From positions 1,302,001 through 1,366,000 of the forward strand of contig NC_047028.1 of the NCBI RefSeq assembly GCF_902652985.1: a DNA stretch of 64,000 nt, in the 5' to 3' direction. This DNA comes from Pecten maximus (Eukaryota). Under the pieces are notes generated by a model. The model did not search any database. It was not told where the DNA came from and saw nothing but the letters and a program-made list of their open reading frames with translations. The position numbers were made by a program, and so were the translations under genes. Every line of letters begins with the position of its first letter. The first letter of the stretch is position 1. Positions 28,619 through 42,600 of the stretch are shown here, piece after piece.

Positions 28619-29375
28619 TGTAACGTCCGCTCTCCATGAACACGGGACGTGAAAGTTCTTTTTGGGATGGTTGTGGTGTGATAAACATAATTCAACACTG
28701 GATATAAAGTTTACTTATATTTATTAATCCACAGGAAAATCCCGAAGGTACAATACAATCCAATGAAGTTTCATCCATCTTCCACACTATCGCCGGCGCA
28801 TTCACACTTAACAGTTCACACACATTTAAACAAAACTAAGTCCTCACATCCTAAATATGTACATCCAAACGGCACTAAGTCCGTTTAGACTGAAAGCTGC
28901 TGGAGAACTCCTTATGCTTGATTGATTGATTGATGGGGCTTAACGTCCTTGTTCCGGTTATAACCGAGCCTAGGACACCAACTCCTTATGCAAAACGCGC
29001 AAGTCTTTTTATATCCCCTGAGAGTTAATTAATATGTATTATTTGACGATGTGGTCAATTGACCAATCATGACCTTTACCCCGAAATATGGGCGTATCTA
29101 CACCCCATAACGTCATTTCCAAATATAGCCCTAGGCACTGACCACTGGTCCCACGGACCGTGTGCTACCTAATAACGACTGACTTTCAGGTGCTACCGTT
29201 TGGTCATATTTTACCTTGATATAGAATGGAGGGTGTAAACGGGTTAATTAACTACTGATCTAAGGGAAGCAACTCGAATAGATTTGGCTGACTATATTAT
29301 AGCGTATAATATAACATATAAAACTTCATAAGGCTTCATAACATATAAAACTTGTCTATTTCCTAGTTCACTACA
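28619..29375 (-). repeat. 3' LTR (757 bp)
   Basis: Direct repeat of 46892-47650; adjacent to the PPT. Confidence 0.93.
28918..28979 (-). mobile_element. 5'-truncated non-LTR retroposon tail within the LTR (second copy 47191-47251)
   Basis: 12-bp TSD AACTCCTTATGC; minus strand ends in GGACGTTAAGCCCC(ATCA)n after a stem-loop. Confidence 0.75.
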
Positions 29376-31029
29376 CAACCCCCTTCTTTCGAAGAGTTTG
29401 TGTCCCCACAAACGTCATACATAATTAATAGTTCTCGTAAACAAAAGCAATTTATCTTTTCTAACGTGAAAACATAAAACATATTAAAATAAAATACCAT
29501 TTTGCGTCTGCATTAACAAAACTTTTCTTACGACATGTACGAGTCTAAACTTCAATGTCAAATATTATTTCCTGACATTCTACACGCATTTTAAAACGTT
29601 TTGGCACTAAAACATTAAACGCACCAAATATTACGTACTTCTTTGCGTAATAACAATAATGTTTACAAGCCTATAGCTAACATCGATCGCTTACGAGCTC
29701 CTGGCGGCTATATATCCGCAAAGTTCAAACAAACATCGTAAAATTAATGTCTACCAAAATATTAACATACATTTTACTGGTTTACCGTAATGTTTTCAAA
29801 AATGTACCTAGTCTACAAAAACATACAACAACTCGTACTCTTCGTACATCTCTATCACACGTTATACCCCTGCACACATAAAACGTCATCAGACTGTATA
29901 TAAATTCTCCATTTTACATCGATATCCTACCTATTTGGCTACACGGACACAATCGAATATCATTTTTCAAGTATATTTCTGATATGAAATAACAAATATG
30001 TGTATGGTTTAGTTGTAACGTCCTAACCCCCAAGTATACGCATCCACTAATACGATATACTACAATATTGAGATAAAATCCACCCATAACCCTTAATTTG
30101 AGTTACATCTAAGATAGAAATCTAACATTGGAGGCAATACTCACAACTATAATATTAATGAACATGCTATTCGTACATTACCTTTGACACAGTGAAATAA
30201 ATTCCAAAAATTCACATGTATAAATGTGATCCACGGAAACAATAACTAATAATCACAGTTAGTGTGTTTGTCCTAAATAATATATCCATCGGAAATTATT
30301 AAGTCACTTTTTGATATCACAAAGTTCAGTTATATAATGTCACTGTAAAGTATCCACGCACGTAATAATCCTGTGGTAATTCTGCATAATTCAGTCCATT
30401 TTAAAGTTACAAATCCAAAAGTAACAAATTTCCGTATTTCACTAAATGTTCTAATCCAAGTCGAAAGTTTGAATTAATATCACAGTTCAAACATCAGATC
30501 AAAGTATCAACGTTTAAATCCCTTGATAATTTTGCACAGTTCCGATTAAAAAGTTAATAATCCTTTAAAAGTCCTGAATGTTCGCAATTCACAAAACTTT
30601 ATTCTTTCTCTGGTAATGATCCAAAATATGAGTTCAACGAACATCACTTTTTGAATTAGAGAAGTTCAGTCACTTCACAAAGTTGAAATCTTTACCGATT
30701 AAAAACAAAATCCATTCTTCATCCCCCCAGGGGCCTGCGTCCATATAGGGCAATGATTATGTCGATGATAACTACGTAATCCAATCTTCATCCCTATTTG
30801 GCATGCGTCCATAAAGGGCAATAGTCGATGATCTTCGTAAGTCCTTCGAAGTTTAAAACTGAGGTCTCTAAGTTTCGATGGCTCGCCCAGTTCGCGTTGT
30901 CCTGACAACGAGGGGTGTCCACTTCTGGTCAGTCGTTGGACATGGCGAGTCCAAACGCTTAGGTAAATTATTGGTAGGGGTGGAAGCTCCCGCTGTGCTG
31001 GGTCGGTCGCGCTGTCCCCAGTACGTGTA

Positions 31030-31175
31030 CCTCCGTAAGGCTTCAAATTGCCACTGTGTATTACAACTGGCTCTGATCTTCCGGAGTAACGAATTCTAAA
31101 TAACACATCACTAAGCCGTGCGACTACTGTCCACGGTCCGGTCCAATCACGGGCTAACTTAGCCTTAGTTCCCAC
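31030..31175 (-). pseudogene. Gypsy integrase C-terminal (GPY/F) remnant
   Basis: KLARDWTGPWTVVARLSDVLFRIR...VVIHSGNLKPY matches the KL...W.GP(Y/F).V...S.V.Y.I...VH...LK.Y pattern. Confidence 0.75.
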
Positions 31176-33056
31176 TATTATTTAATGTTGGAATCTGCGT
31201 ATTTTATCTCCAATATCATAACACATTTTGGTCATGAATATAGCTACCGTTTTCCGTGCCGTACTGAATGATTGGTAAACTTTGTGAACACGTTTACCGA
31301 GTTAATTCGAATTATTACTGAGTTCGAATTGAATATTGTTTCCAGTATATGTCCTTTGAAAAACATTAATTTTCACTTATCTTAATGTAAATCCAGAGTT
31401 TACAATTAAATGTGACAAAGTTACTAGCATCCGTGTAAAGAATATAAATTCCACTTTCCAAGCTTGGATATCCGAGAATCGGAGCAGATATGTCGTTATT
31501 CCAGTTCGTTGAATGCGAACATACACTGAGCATTTCTTAGTCCATAATTTGACAACTAAAACACCTTTTCATGGCGAGGTCACACAGACATTTCGCTATT
31601 AGTGCGAAACCGAACATGAATTTCAAATAATTTGACGCAAGTCCGAGATCTAACATACATACAAAACTGGAGCAACATCGCTTCAACTGCCGCGATTTTC
31701 GAAGGATTTCCAATGCTATCCTGAGAAACCACCTGTCCTAGGATCTAAACTTCAGTGTACAAGAAGTTGCATTATTCGCCTTAAATTTCGCGCGATATCA
31801 AGGCTACCAAACAGCGGTCAAACTATACCAAAACTGTTTAAAATCCTTCGCGTACACAATTATTGTCCAGATAAAGCACTACATATATATATAGTATCAT
31901 ATGCACTAGCGTTCCACTTAGCGCCTACTCCATCCTGGAACACATGATTGGCACTATTCAAAGTCAAAAATCATCTACATGTACAAATATCATCCTCACT
32001 AGCTGAGACGTAACGAACGCGGACTTGGCTCAATCTGACATCGATGAAAAGAGTCAAATTAACAAATACCAGCGAATTAAACCACAGCTCCACTAAATGC
32101 GACCAAATATCATCTATACGACCAAATACGTGTAGGATACACATCATCTGCTATGTTAACACATTCTCCAGGAATTCTTCATTTTCTATACCAAAACCAC
32201 GAGCTAAAACTTGTCTCTTCAATCCACATTTTCACAATTTCTGAATAATGCACATTTCTCCATGACATAAGTAGTTTCAAATCGCGTGCGAAACGGTACT
32301 AACACAGGGCGTTCTTCTGGTGTTACATTGTATTCGATGATACGCCAAAAGATGTTTCCATCATGGAATTACTCCTGGCCCCAGAGTCTAATTTCCAATT
32401 AAGTTAACGGCTATTTTGCTATCAACTTCCTATTTAGCTTTCACAAGATTTTAAACTTTTCCACTTTCTCCCAATGTCTGTTTTAGCACCACCGTTCGCT
32501 TTCCCCGTATGGTCGACCCCATCAACCTTACTGTTTTAGGTCCAGAAATTGGCGATACTTGACTTTGGTTATTCCCTGATTTGAGCCTTCCCGAATCTAG
32601 GACTGACACACGATACACTGATCAAGTTCCTGCTCATTTTACTACTTAGTCTGAGAGTTGTCACAATCTATGAACGATCATAGTTTCCTAAAAGGTCAAA
32701 AACATGTGTCTAAAATGCTTGATTATTTTATTTAGCAATCCGAAAGTTCTTTGACACTGTCACAGCTTTTATATCCGTTATTCGACAATATTTCGATGAT
32801 TTTTAAATGTACTCACGGTTCATTGGATAAAATTTCCTATACATGTCCTGTATATATCCTGTATATAATCCCGGAAAATTGTCGGATTTTAACTTCCAAG
32901 TAGCGAAAATATTCACTTTTAATTTCCTAAATACTTCTCCGTTAGGCACTATACATAGATTTCCGATGACGTCACGCAATTTCCGGTATGTAAAATAGCC
33001 GCCATATTGGAGGTGAAGCAGTGCATATCGATTGACCTACCTTTAGCGTAAACAAA

Positions 33057-35218
33057 ATGGTGAATTATTGTGCGATGATTGGTTGTAACAACACAGGTGG
33101 GAGGGACAGAGTTTCTTTCATTTACCGGCCGTTATCACATCTCAAGGCGAAAAGACGCATGGACTCTCAGAAAAACGAAGGAGGTTGTGGTTGACTAAAA
33201 TCAGTAGAGCAGATCTTGAACCGTCGTCCTACCCATACTTGAGAGTTTGTTCGGAACATTTCGTTTCAGGTACGTGTATTTATGCGTTTTATTGTGAATA
33301 TAATATCATATGTACTTTTCAAGTTCTATTTGCCGTTGATTTCTTTCCGAGATCGACATGTATACTGTGATTCATGCATACTAACGTTGAAATCCGTGCT
33401 AGCTGTAAGTTCAAACGAAGCAGCATGCATATGGACCATGTATGATGTAAACAGAATCGGTTTCTAAAACTATCTAAAAGTAAAAAGTAAATAATTCCGA
33501 GTTCCGCTACTGATAGTCTATTTATATAGTATAGCAGAGTTGTTTTTTCGTAATTACATACTATTAGAAAACGGTCACTGATATGATGCATGTAACTATG
33601 ATTTCTTTCGTGTCATTTATTTTACACTGAAATCCAGTTAATTGTTGTAAAGTATATATAGGCCTAAATGAAATATTGATAATCATATTTTGTTTTCACA
33701 GAACTTAAGACACACTATAAATAATTATACATGAAATATCACTTTCTATCTATTCTATACATTTTGAATTTGTATTTTATAAATGTGAGACTCTGAATAA
33801 ATTATGATTTCAATTAATTTATTATAATCCAGTTGACCATAATTACTTTTAAGGAACTGAAAATGACTTTTAACTAAGATTTTTTTTTTAAATGCTCATG
33901 ATAAATGTCTTTTTTCTTTTCAGGAAAACCTTCCAGTCTTTATCCTGAAAACTCAGCTGACTGGGCTCCTTCACTGAAACTTGGCCATCATAAGCAGACA
34001 ACAGTGATCAACCCCACTCCAGAAAGGGAAAGTCGATTGAAAGGCAGAGTGGAAAAGAGAAGGAATGTGGAAGCAGCACAATCTCTTGTTGCACTTTTCA
34101 ATTCCAAAGAGGTTACAACTGATCATGAGCTCGATGAATCTGAGGAAGCCCACCCTGATGTTCAGATGGACACCAACAGGATAGGAGATGAGGCAGAATT
34201 TGACAAATCCATGCAAACAGAGATTTCATCAGGTAACATAAATGCTATGGAGAGTGAACTCAATAGGTTGCTTGTCGAAAACATTGGATTGAAGGAACAG
34301 TTGGCAGCTTCTTCAATTACTGAGGACACATTCAAAGCTGATGATGAGAAAGTGAAGTTTTTTACTGGTTTGCCATCATTTGCTGTTCTGATGACACTGT
34401 TTTGGTTTGTTGAACCTGAAATATCCTGCTCACACAACAGCTCCTTGACCAAATTTCAGAAGATGGTGCTGGTGCTAATGCGGCTAAAATTGAACTTGCC
34501 TGTAACCTTTTTGGCAGACAAATTTAAGGTTTCTGCTTCAACAGTGTCCAGAACTATGTTAAGTGTTCTAAACACATTACACATAAAATTGAAGCCTCTA
34601 ATATATTGGCCGACGAAGGAGGAACGACGACAAACAATGCCTATGTAATTTAGGAAGTACTTTGGGTTGAAAGTAGCGGTCATTATGGACTGTTTTGAGG
34701 TGTTTATATAAAGGCCATCTGATTTGACAGCACGCTCGCAAACATGGAGTTCCTATAAGCATCACAATACTGTGAAATTTTTGATAGGGATCTCGCCCCA
34801 GGGTACCATTGTATTCATCAGTGATGCGTATGGAGGACGTGCTTCAGACAAATTCATAACAAAGGACAGTGAATTTCTTAATAAGTTGGAATATGGGGAT
34901 GTTGTTCTTGCTGACCGTGGATTTGACATAGCAGAGGAGGTGGCTCAAGTCAACGGTGAAGTTCGGATACCAGCATTCACAAAGGGAAAGGATCAGTTGG
35001 CAGCTGTTGATGTTGAAAGCACCAGAAGACTTGCACATGTGCGCATTCATGTTGAAAGGGTTATTGGTTTAGTTAGGAACAAGTATAAGATCATGCACGA
35101 CACTTTGCCTCTTGACTATTTCAACTCGGTAGATGAGTCTACTCCTACAATTGACAAGATTGTGACTGTATGTTGTGCGCTTACAAATATGTGTAAATCT
35201 GTAGTGCCATTTGATTAG
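33057..35218 (+). pseudogene. THAP + HTH + DDE (Harbinger/IS5-type) transposase, 2 exons (33057-33269, 33924-35218), disrupted
   Basis: THAP MVNYCAMIGCNN...RRRLWL..ISR...RVCSEHFVSG; DDE motifs [40 protein letters not shown]. Frameshift at ~33120; in-frame TAA at 34646-34648. Confidence 0.9.
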
Positions 35219-36087
35219 AACATATCCACATGTACATGTATTATAGCTGTGCATTTACCAATACTTGCAGTGAAATATATACCTGTAACCCATATACCAA
35301 AATGCAGCCAAACGTAGTCTCTGTTTTGTAATTTATATTTTATAATCCGAGTCACAACCTAGTTCTTTGTGTATGTAATATTAATTGTGAGAGTAAAATT
35401 GAAATATTTATTATAAATCAATATTTGAATTGTCCATCTTCATAGTGCTTCATATATCATATCATATTATAGTACACTGTATATTGTGTACTATAAGCTA
35501 GTCTATATGTTATATATATGCGATAACTGCTGCTTTCCATTAAAATGTCATTAAAAACACTTTGTTTTATTTTCTTATTTGGAAATAATCTCTGATTACA
35601 TACATATGGCTGATATACCATAATTCAATTATCACATAACTGGTTCATTATTTAATGCAAACATATATACAATGTATGATAAAAACAACAACATACAACT
35701 GATGCTGTAAAATCTGTAACTTGTAGCTATATATAGTTATTTCTCATGTTTGAACCAGTTATGTGATAAAGAATTTCTGCACATCGCCACAAGTAACTGT
35801 GTCGGATATGGGTTTGTGAAGTTCATTTAAAAAATCATAAATAATACTCCATATCGAATATAGCAACTTTAGTAAAAATTAAGAAATATGTCTGTGTACA
35901 TGTTACTTAATAAACCTATCTGAAGCTTACTTCTTATTGAACTATGAATTTTGACCTATCAACATTATTTTAATATGTTGATAAGAAAACTTTTCCGTGA
36001 TGATTTGCATTTGTTCCCCAATTATTTTGATTGGTCGATGTAACACTAATCAGACATATTTCTTGATTTGGTCTCAATATCTATTCA

Positions 36088-36300
36088 GCTGCAGTGACCG
36101 AGTGTTTGACATTCTACGCTGGATTGGTTCTCCACCTCTGGGTCATTAGTTTGATATCCACATATACAGCAGTTTGAATTTTAATACTAGTTAAAGGTCT
36201 TTGGATTTGAAAAGTTTTGTCCCGGGAGTACCTGGTACTCAAGTTGTCTTCCACCAGCAAAACCTGGCACATCCCTAATGGGCCATGTTATATAGGGCCA
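36088..36300 (+). mobile_element. Highly degenerate SINE copy related to 25057-25279
   Basis: GCAGTGACCGAGTG head, CCTGGTACTC...TTCCACC..AAACCTGGCAC core similarity. Confidence 0.5.
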
Positions 36301-36686
36301 AAATAAAAGTACAACAAATATACTTATTTGGTTATATTTAATCAACATTAATAGAAACAACCACAAAGTTCTTTTTTTTCTGAATGTCTTTAATCATCCT
36401 TCAAAAATAACCAAGTATCTTTTGACAAAGTATAACCCAAGTGTTTGTTGTGAATGGCTTACACACTAGTTATAGAGAGAACACAAATTCTCATTACATA
36501 TATATTATCAGTAATTACATATAATAAAATTAATCCCATAATAACTTAATCAAGCACAAGCAATTACACATTGATACTAGTATCACTATCTATAGTATAT
36601 TATAGTCTTTATAATATGGATACTGAGCTGATGAAGAAAGGCTTTGTCTGACGTCATCAATATGTTGAAAATGATACTGAATTAAG

Positions 36687-39600
36687 TCATTGTTCTTTCC
36701 TTTTCTTTGTTACACCCTTCTTCCTGCGGTTTCCTGGTAAACGCGAACAGTCAGGACAAAACCACTTTCCTTTAGGAAGTTTCGACTTTGTCAGCTTAAG
36801 GCATGACAAATGAAACCACTGATAATTGCAGTTCTGGTTGTCACATGCTACCATCGTATCAGTTTCCCCTTGCTGACAGAAGCAATATATGTCCTGTCTG
36901 TTTGCATCAGCGAGGTTTGATTCTCCATCATTTCTCAATGACAGCAATGGTGCTGTGTTTATTCGGGAGTAGAATTTTCCAACTAACTCTGGCATGATAG
37001 CCATGGCATGGAAGCTAGCTGCCTTCTCTTTAATTTCCTCCCACAGTTCATTGTCCGGTTCAATTCTTTCAATGTGTACTTCTCTCTCAGTCCACACAAC
37101 AAAGTCTGCATATTCTTTCCCACATAAATGTATCTGAGTCTGTACCTGATAGTAGTATGGATGTTTTTTCTTTAATGTTTTACGTTCACCATCTGTTTCT
37201 TCAAGACATGAAGATGCTCCAGTATACATATCAAGGCTTGACGAACGTACACAGTATGGGCATTTGATTTCCACAACTCCTTCTCCACAGCAATCACATG
37301 ACACAGTTCCATCAGGTGAGGCTCCAAATAAGGGGAAGTCTGGATTTAAAGTTAGTCCAACTGCCTCAACCGCAAAGTTGTCATGAAGAGTTTGTAATGC
37401 TTCATTATAGGTTTCCCTGGCAACATTTTCATGAGTACATCCCCAAGATGTTGCAGTCGAGGTAAATTTTGCTGACTCAGGATTACATACCGCTTTGATA
37501 AGGCTTTCCGAAGGGGCTGCAGGGCTGCTGTGGCATACAGAATACATCCGAGATGCAGTTATTCTACCACTTCTGAAGCGGTTCCACAGTTTACTTTGTG
37601 CCTGCTGTCTGGTTGCTTTCTCAACACTTTCAGCTTCCTCCTTCGAAACTTTGACATTAATGTCCTCACAATATTTTAGGATATCACTAAATGATGACTG
37701 AAGCATGTCCTGTCTCAACAGTTCAGTCAACATCTTGGGAAACTGTTCATCCAACACTTTTGGAACAAATGGTGCCTGGAACGCTTGCTTTACAGTCAAT
37801 ATTGCAGACTGAGCCCCTGTTTGGCTGAGTTTCTGCAGGAAACCCATGATTTCCTCATCAGTAGGCGGTTCCACCTGTTTGTGTTGCATAATCCCTCTTT
37901 TGGATGATGGTGTGTCACTGAACTGTGCATCCAAATTCTTCTTCTTTGACTTTGCAGATGTAAAATCTATGTCTTTAATTTTTGCATATTTTACACCTTT
38001 CACTGATGCTGGAAGCCAGTACGCTTTTGTTTCTGTGACAGTTCTTGCCTGTCTGACTTTAAATGTAGCTTCAATTGAAAACAACATTGCAGCGATATGT
38101 GTACATGCCTCTCCCAATCCAGCCATGCAGTTACAGTGTGCAGCTAAAACTTTTCCATCAGTTTGGATGATCACCCATGGTGCCAAAGGTTTTTCGTTCA
38201 GACGCTGTGAATGCATCACCTACAAACCAAACATAAATAATTAATCAGATAGAATATATATACAGGGACATATCTACATTAAAAGAAAAAAATACAAGAG
38301 CTATTTACTTCAAAATACATAAAAGTTTTTTTTTTTTACTTAATAATTAGAGATTAATATAACTGATATAAACAAATGGTTACATACAGTACATATATAA
38401 TATCATACATTTTTAGTGACAGTAACGTTAACTGTTTCCATAATTAGGGCTGTTGTGAATTGTTCAACTAAAATATAAACATTCACAAAATGGCAAAATA
38501 TATACACTAGATCCAATGAATGAAGGATTAAATTGAACTTAATTATAATAATTAGATCTATACCCCAGGAGACTAGATATTTTAAAAGGTTTGGATTTTC
38601 CTTCATGTGTGATGAGCTGATTTTGGAAAAACATAAAATAAATACAATATTTTTATCAATATTTCCATAAAATTCTGCTGCCATTTAAGTGAGACATAAA
38701 AAGTTATTTTAACATGAATTTTGGTCAAGGCTTCTTTAAAAATTATATGAATTATTTTACGAACACGTTATCATTACTCTACTCAAAATCGTGAACTTAC
38801 CCGTGCAGTGTGTAGACAGACGCCATTGATTTCACAAACTTTAACATCCCGAACCCATCCGTTGACAAACTGGTTGTACGCAGTCAATCCTTTGTAAGAT
38901 TTTATTTCCTCGTGGGTGTATGCACTTGCTGTGTATAACAAAAAGAACGAAATGTCAGGGTACGTTACGCCCGCCCACTTGTCAACATCCTGTGACCATC
39001 TTTCCTTTGGTAGAGTATACGGGTCTTCATTTCCAATCAAAGCCAACTTATCGTCGTACAGTTGAGTGTAGACTAAAGGTTACACAAAGTGCACTCCGAG
39101 TGCACTCCGTTTGGACTCGGAGTGCACTCCGTTTGGACTCCAGGTAAACTTGGAGTGCACTCCGAGTGCACTCCAAGTCTACCTGGAGTCCTATCAGGCT
39201 TCAAGTCTACCTAGGTTCACATGTACACATGTACCTGTAACCAGGTAATGTACTGTAATACATATAATACTGTTTATAGATGGATGTGAACTTATATGGT
39301 ATATATCAATAAAATACCTAGTTATTACTGTTTTATCTATATATATGTATCATAATTACATAGTGTATTATTTTGTTGGTAAAATACCAATACATTAACA
39401 TAATTGATGTTTTAGAAAAACCTTTATGAAATAAACAGATCTTGTACTTCAAATAAAGTGTTATTCATTGAAATATGTATGGTAGCATTGATATTACTCG
39501 AGAAGTTTTTATGAATCCCATAAACAAATAGAAATTTGGAACAAACAAACAATTTATTTGGCAAGTTGTACTCGTAATAATACTGTTTTAAATATTACAA

Positions 39601-42600
39601 ATGCTTTAGTACTAACATTTTTTTACATACAATACAATACAAAAAAAAATGTTTTTCTTCACTTTTAAAAAGTATTCCGGAATCAATGTCTAGTGATGCT
39701 TTTTACTTAAACATCAGATTTACATTTCCGTTTTGTAAACCATTCGTTGAGAATGTTGATTTAAGTTGGCTATTAACCCCAACTGTTGGGTCTCTGGTAT
39801 TATAATTGCTGAACAGATCCGGTATCAGCCTGTAGGGCTAATTGGTCAACCTCATTCACACCTATGTTCCTAATTGGTCTACACTGTAATTATAAGGACC
39901 AGCGAAGTGAATCCAGGTACATGGACAGCTTGATGACACCGCTGTGTAAACACCACACTTTCAAAGTAAACAATATTGACCATGATCACTTGAAAGTATA
40001 ATACATGTTTTTGTTCTCATTTAATACCTGCCTCATTAAATCAAGCTCAAACATGGAGGAGTTTTTGTAACTATTACATTAGAAACAACCTTGAAGATGC
40101 ATACATTGTTAATGTATCAAGTTGAAGTACTTGAATCATAGGCCTACAGTTCGATCTACTATTACTTTCTACGAATACCTGCACAGAAGATGACTGCCAG
40201 ACAACAATCACTAGCAGGTAAGCATTTATAATTTATTTCCATGTGTTCTCTTTTGTACGTATTGCTAAAAACAATGGGTCCCACATGTTAAATTAAATTG
40301 ATTTTATTTAATTAATTATGATACATTTGGTCAAAGTGTGATTGGAATTATATGAGCTATAAGATTAAATCATTATTATGTAAACTTAGTATATAAAAGC
40401 ACATGTATTGTATATGGGTCGTGAATTAAAAAAGAAGAAAACATTTATATATATTATTTTATATTTGTATTAATTTGTTGTTCTCTCAATCTCAAATCCA
40501 GTGATTTAAATTATGGTAATATATGGAACATTTGGTGCTTACGTTGAAAATGTTAGTATCTTTAGTCTGTGAAAAATGTGCTATACATGTATATAATTGA
40601 TGCAGTATCATTGTCTATTTCAAACATTTCATTCCATTTGCTTCTTCCTGCAGATTTAACATGGATTTTTACATAAAATATTGTAAAATTTCCTTTCTAA
40701 TGCCTTGAAAATATTTACATATGTATTGTTAGAGTTTTCAAAATTAAATATACATGTAATTCATTGAATTTAAGATTTATTACTACAATTTCGGTAATAA
40801 AAAATATAATCAATGCATAGATATATTTGTTATATATTGAATTATTTTTGAGTGTTTAAGTGAAAATATGTGAGTTTCAACTTATCTTTAAATATTTAAA
40901 CTAATTAACTGTTTCCACTTTTTAGCAAAGATGCCACGCTATGGGGCATTCTACTTCACAGAGGACAACACCACAGGAATTGCTCCTTTAACGATAGTGA
41001 CCAGCAGTGAGACAATTAAGGCTGATTCAGAAGTGACATGTCTTTGGGATGGCAAAACTGTCAAGGCAGTTGTAATCAACATAAGCAGTAAGTTTTTTTT
41101 TTATTTATTTTAATGAACCTACTATTGGTACTTAAAGAAAATGTACAATTTACGTGATCTTGTTGATGAGTCAATCAGTTAGAAAATGAAGGTTGGGCAT
41201 GTCCCCTCTCAGTTTTTGGCACAAGCATTGAAAAGCATTTTATATTAACACATTAGTTTAATATTGTACAAGGGTATAGTACTGAAATTTTACTTTTTGC
41301 TTCCTTTAAGGTTTTAAATTTTATCTATCCAAAACAATACAAATTTATTTATTTTAATTCTTTATGGACAAATATTGGCGAGATGAGCTTATGCTGTTCT
41401 ACAACAGCTCTTGTTATAGAGAACCTCCATATCAGTTTTATTTCACTAATCAGACCAAATTGGATTTTCTGTTATTTGTTTTTTATCTATGATTTTATAA
41501 TTGGCTTGAATGACCAAATGACACATCCCATAATATTGACTGATTGGAAAATTATGTAGTGCCAACAGGTCAGTTTTACAGGTAAGTTCAACTGCCCTAG
41601 AGGCAAATTGTACCAGGACTCTTAAATCCTATTTAGATGGTGAGAACAGTATGTACTAATTACAGGTATGTCTATAGGGGGTCTTCCCTGATCACCAACT
41701 CTGGTTAAGGTATTTAATCCTCTCTCTCCCAAAACTGAAAATTCAGGTAAAAAAAAAATTGGGGAGAAACAGGAATTGTTTACACAGGGGTCTAATTATA
41801 TTACACAGGGGTCTAATTATTAAGTAAACACAGAAGTTCATTATCTCTCTCATTCATTTATTGCAAAATCCAGGTAAATACATGTAGACTGGTATTAGAA
41901 CTAAAAAAATGTCAATTTAATGTTATACTTTGAGAAGTGTGATATTGATAAAATGATACGTACAAATGCAGGAAATATATACCAACAGCATTGTTATAGT
42001 ATGTTTAATTCTCCTGAAAGTAATATCTTGTATTTTGTATATATGAGGGTTAGAGACTAACCATGTTCTACACTATAGGATGGTACAGTTGTAACTTTCA
42101 TATATCCAGTGTGAAATTTAATTAATTATTAAGATGAGCAATTTGCTCATCAATATGCATTACAATTATTTTCTAATTAATTCAAGGCTCATGTGTAGCT
42201 ATTATAACTATTATAGACTAGTGTTAGTCTCTGAACTCCAAAAACTTGAACTTGAACTTGGTATTAGAACTACAAAAATGTCAATTTAATGTTATACTTT
42301 GAGATGTAAAATTATCTATCAAATTTTTCATTGATTAATTTAAGCCATCTGTGAATTTATGAATAAATCTATTTATTCATCAACTGATACATTCAGTAAT
42401 AGACACCTATAGACATCAATATATAAGTAATCTTTTTTCATTTTCAGATTCCAGGGCTCTTCTACAGGAAAAGATTGACTGTTATGAACCCCCAGAGGAC
42501 CATTTAACAACCACCTCACCTGTCGGCACAACCACCTCACCTGTCGGCACAACCACCTCACCTGTCGTCACAACCAAATCCAAGAAAGTTTCTAAAGTAT

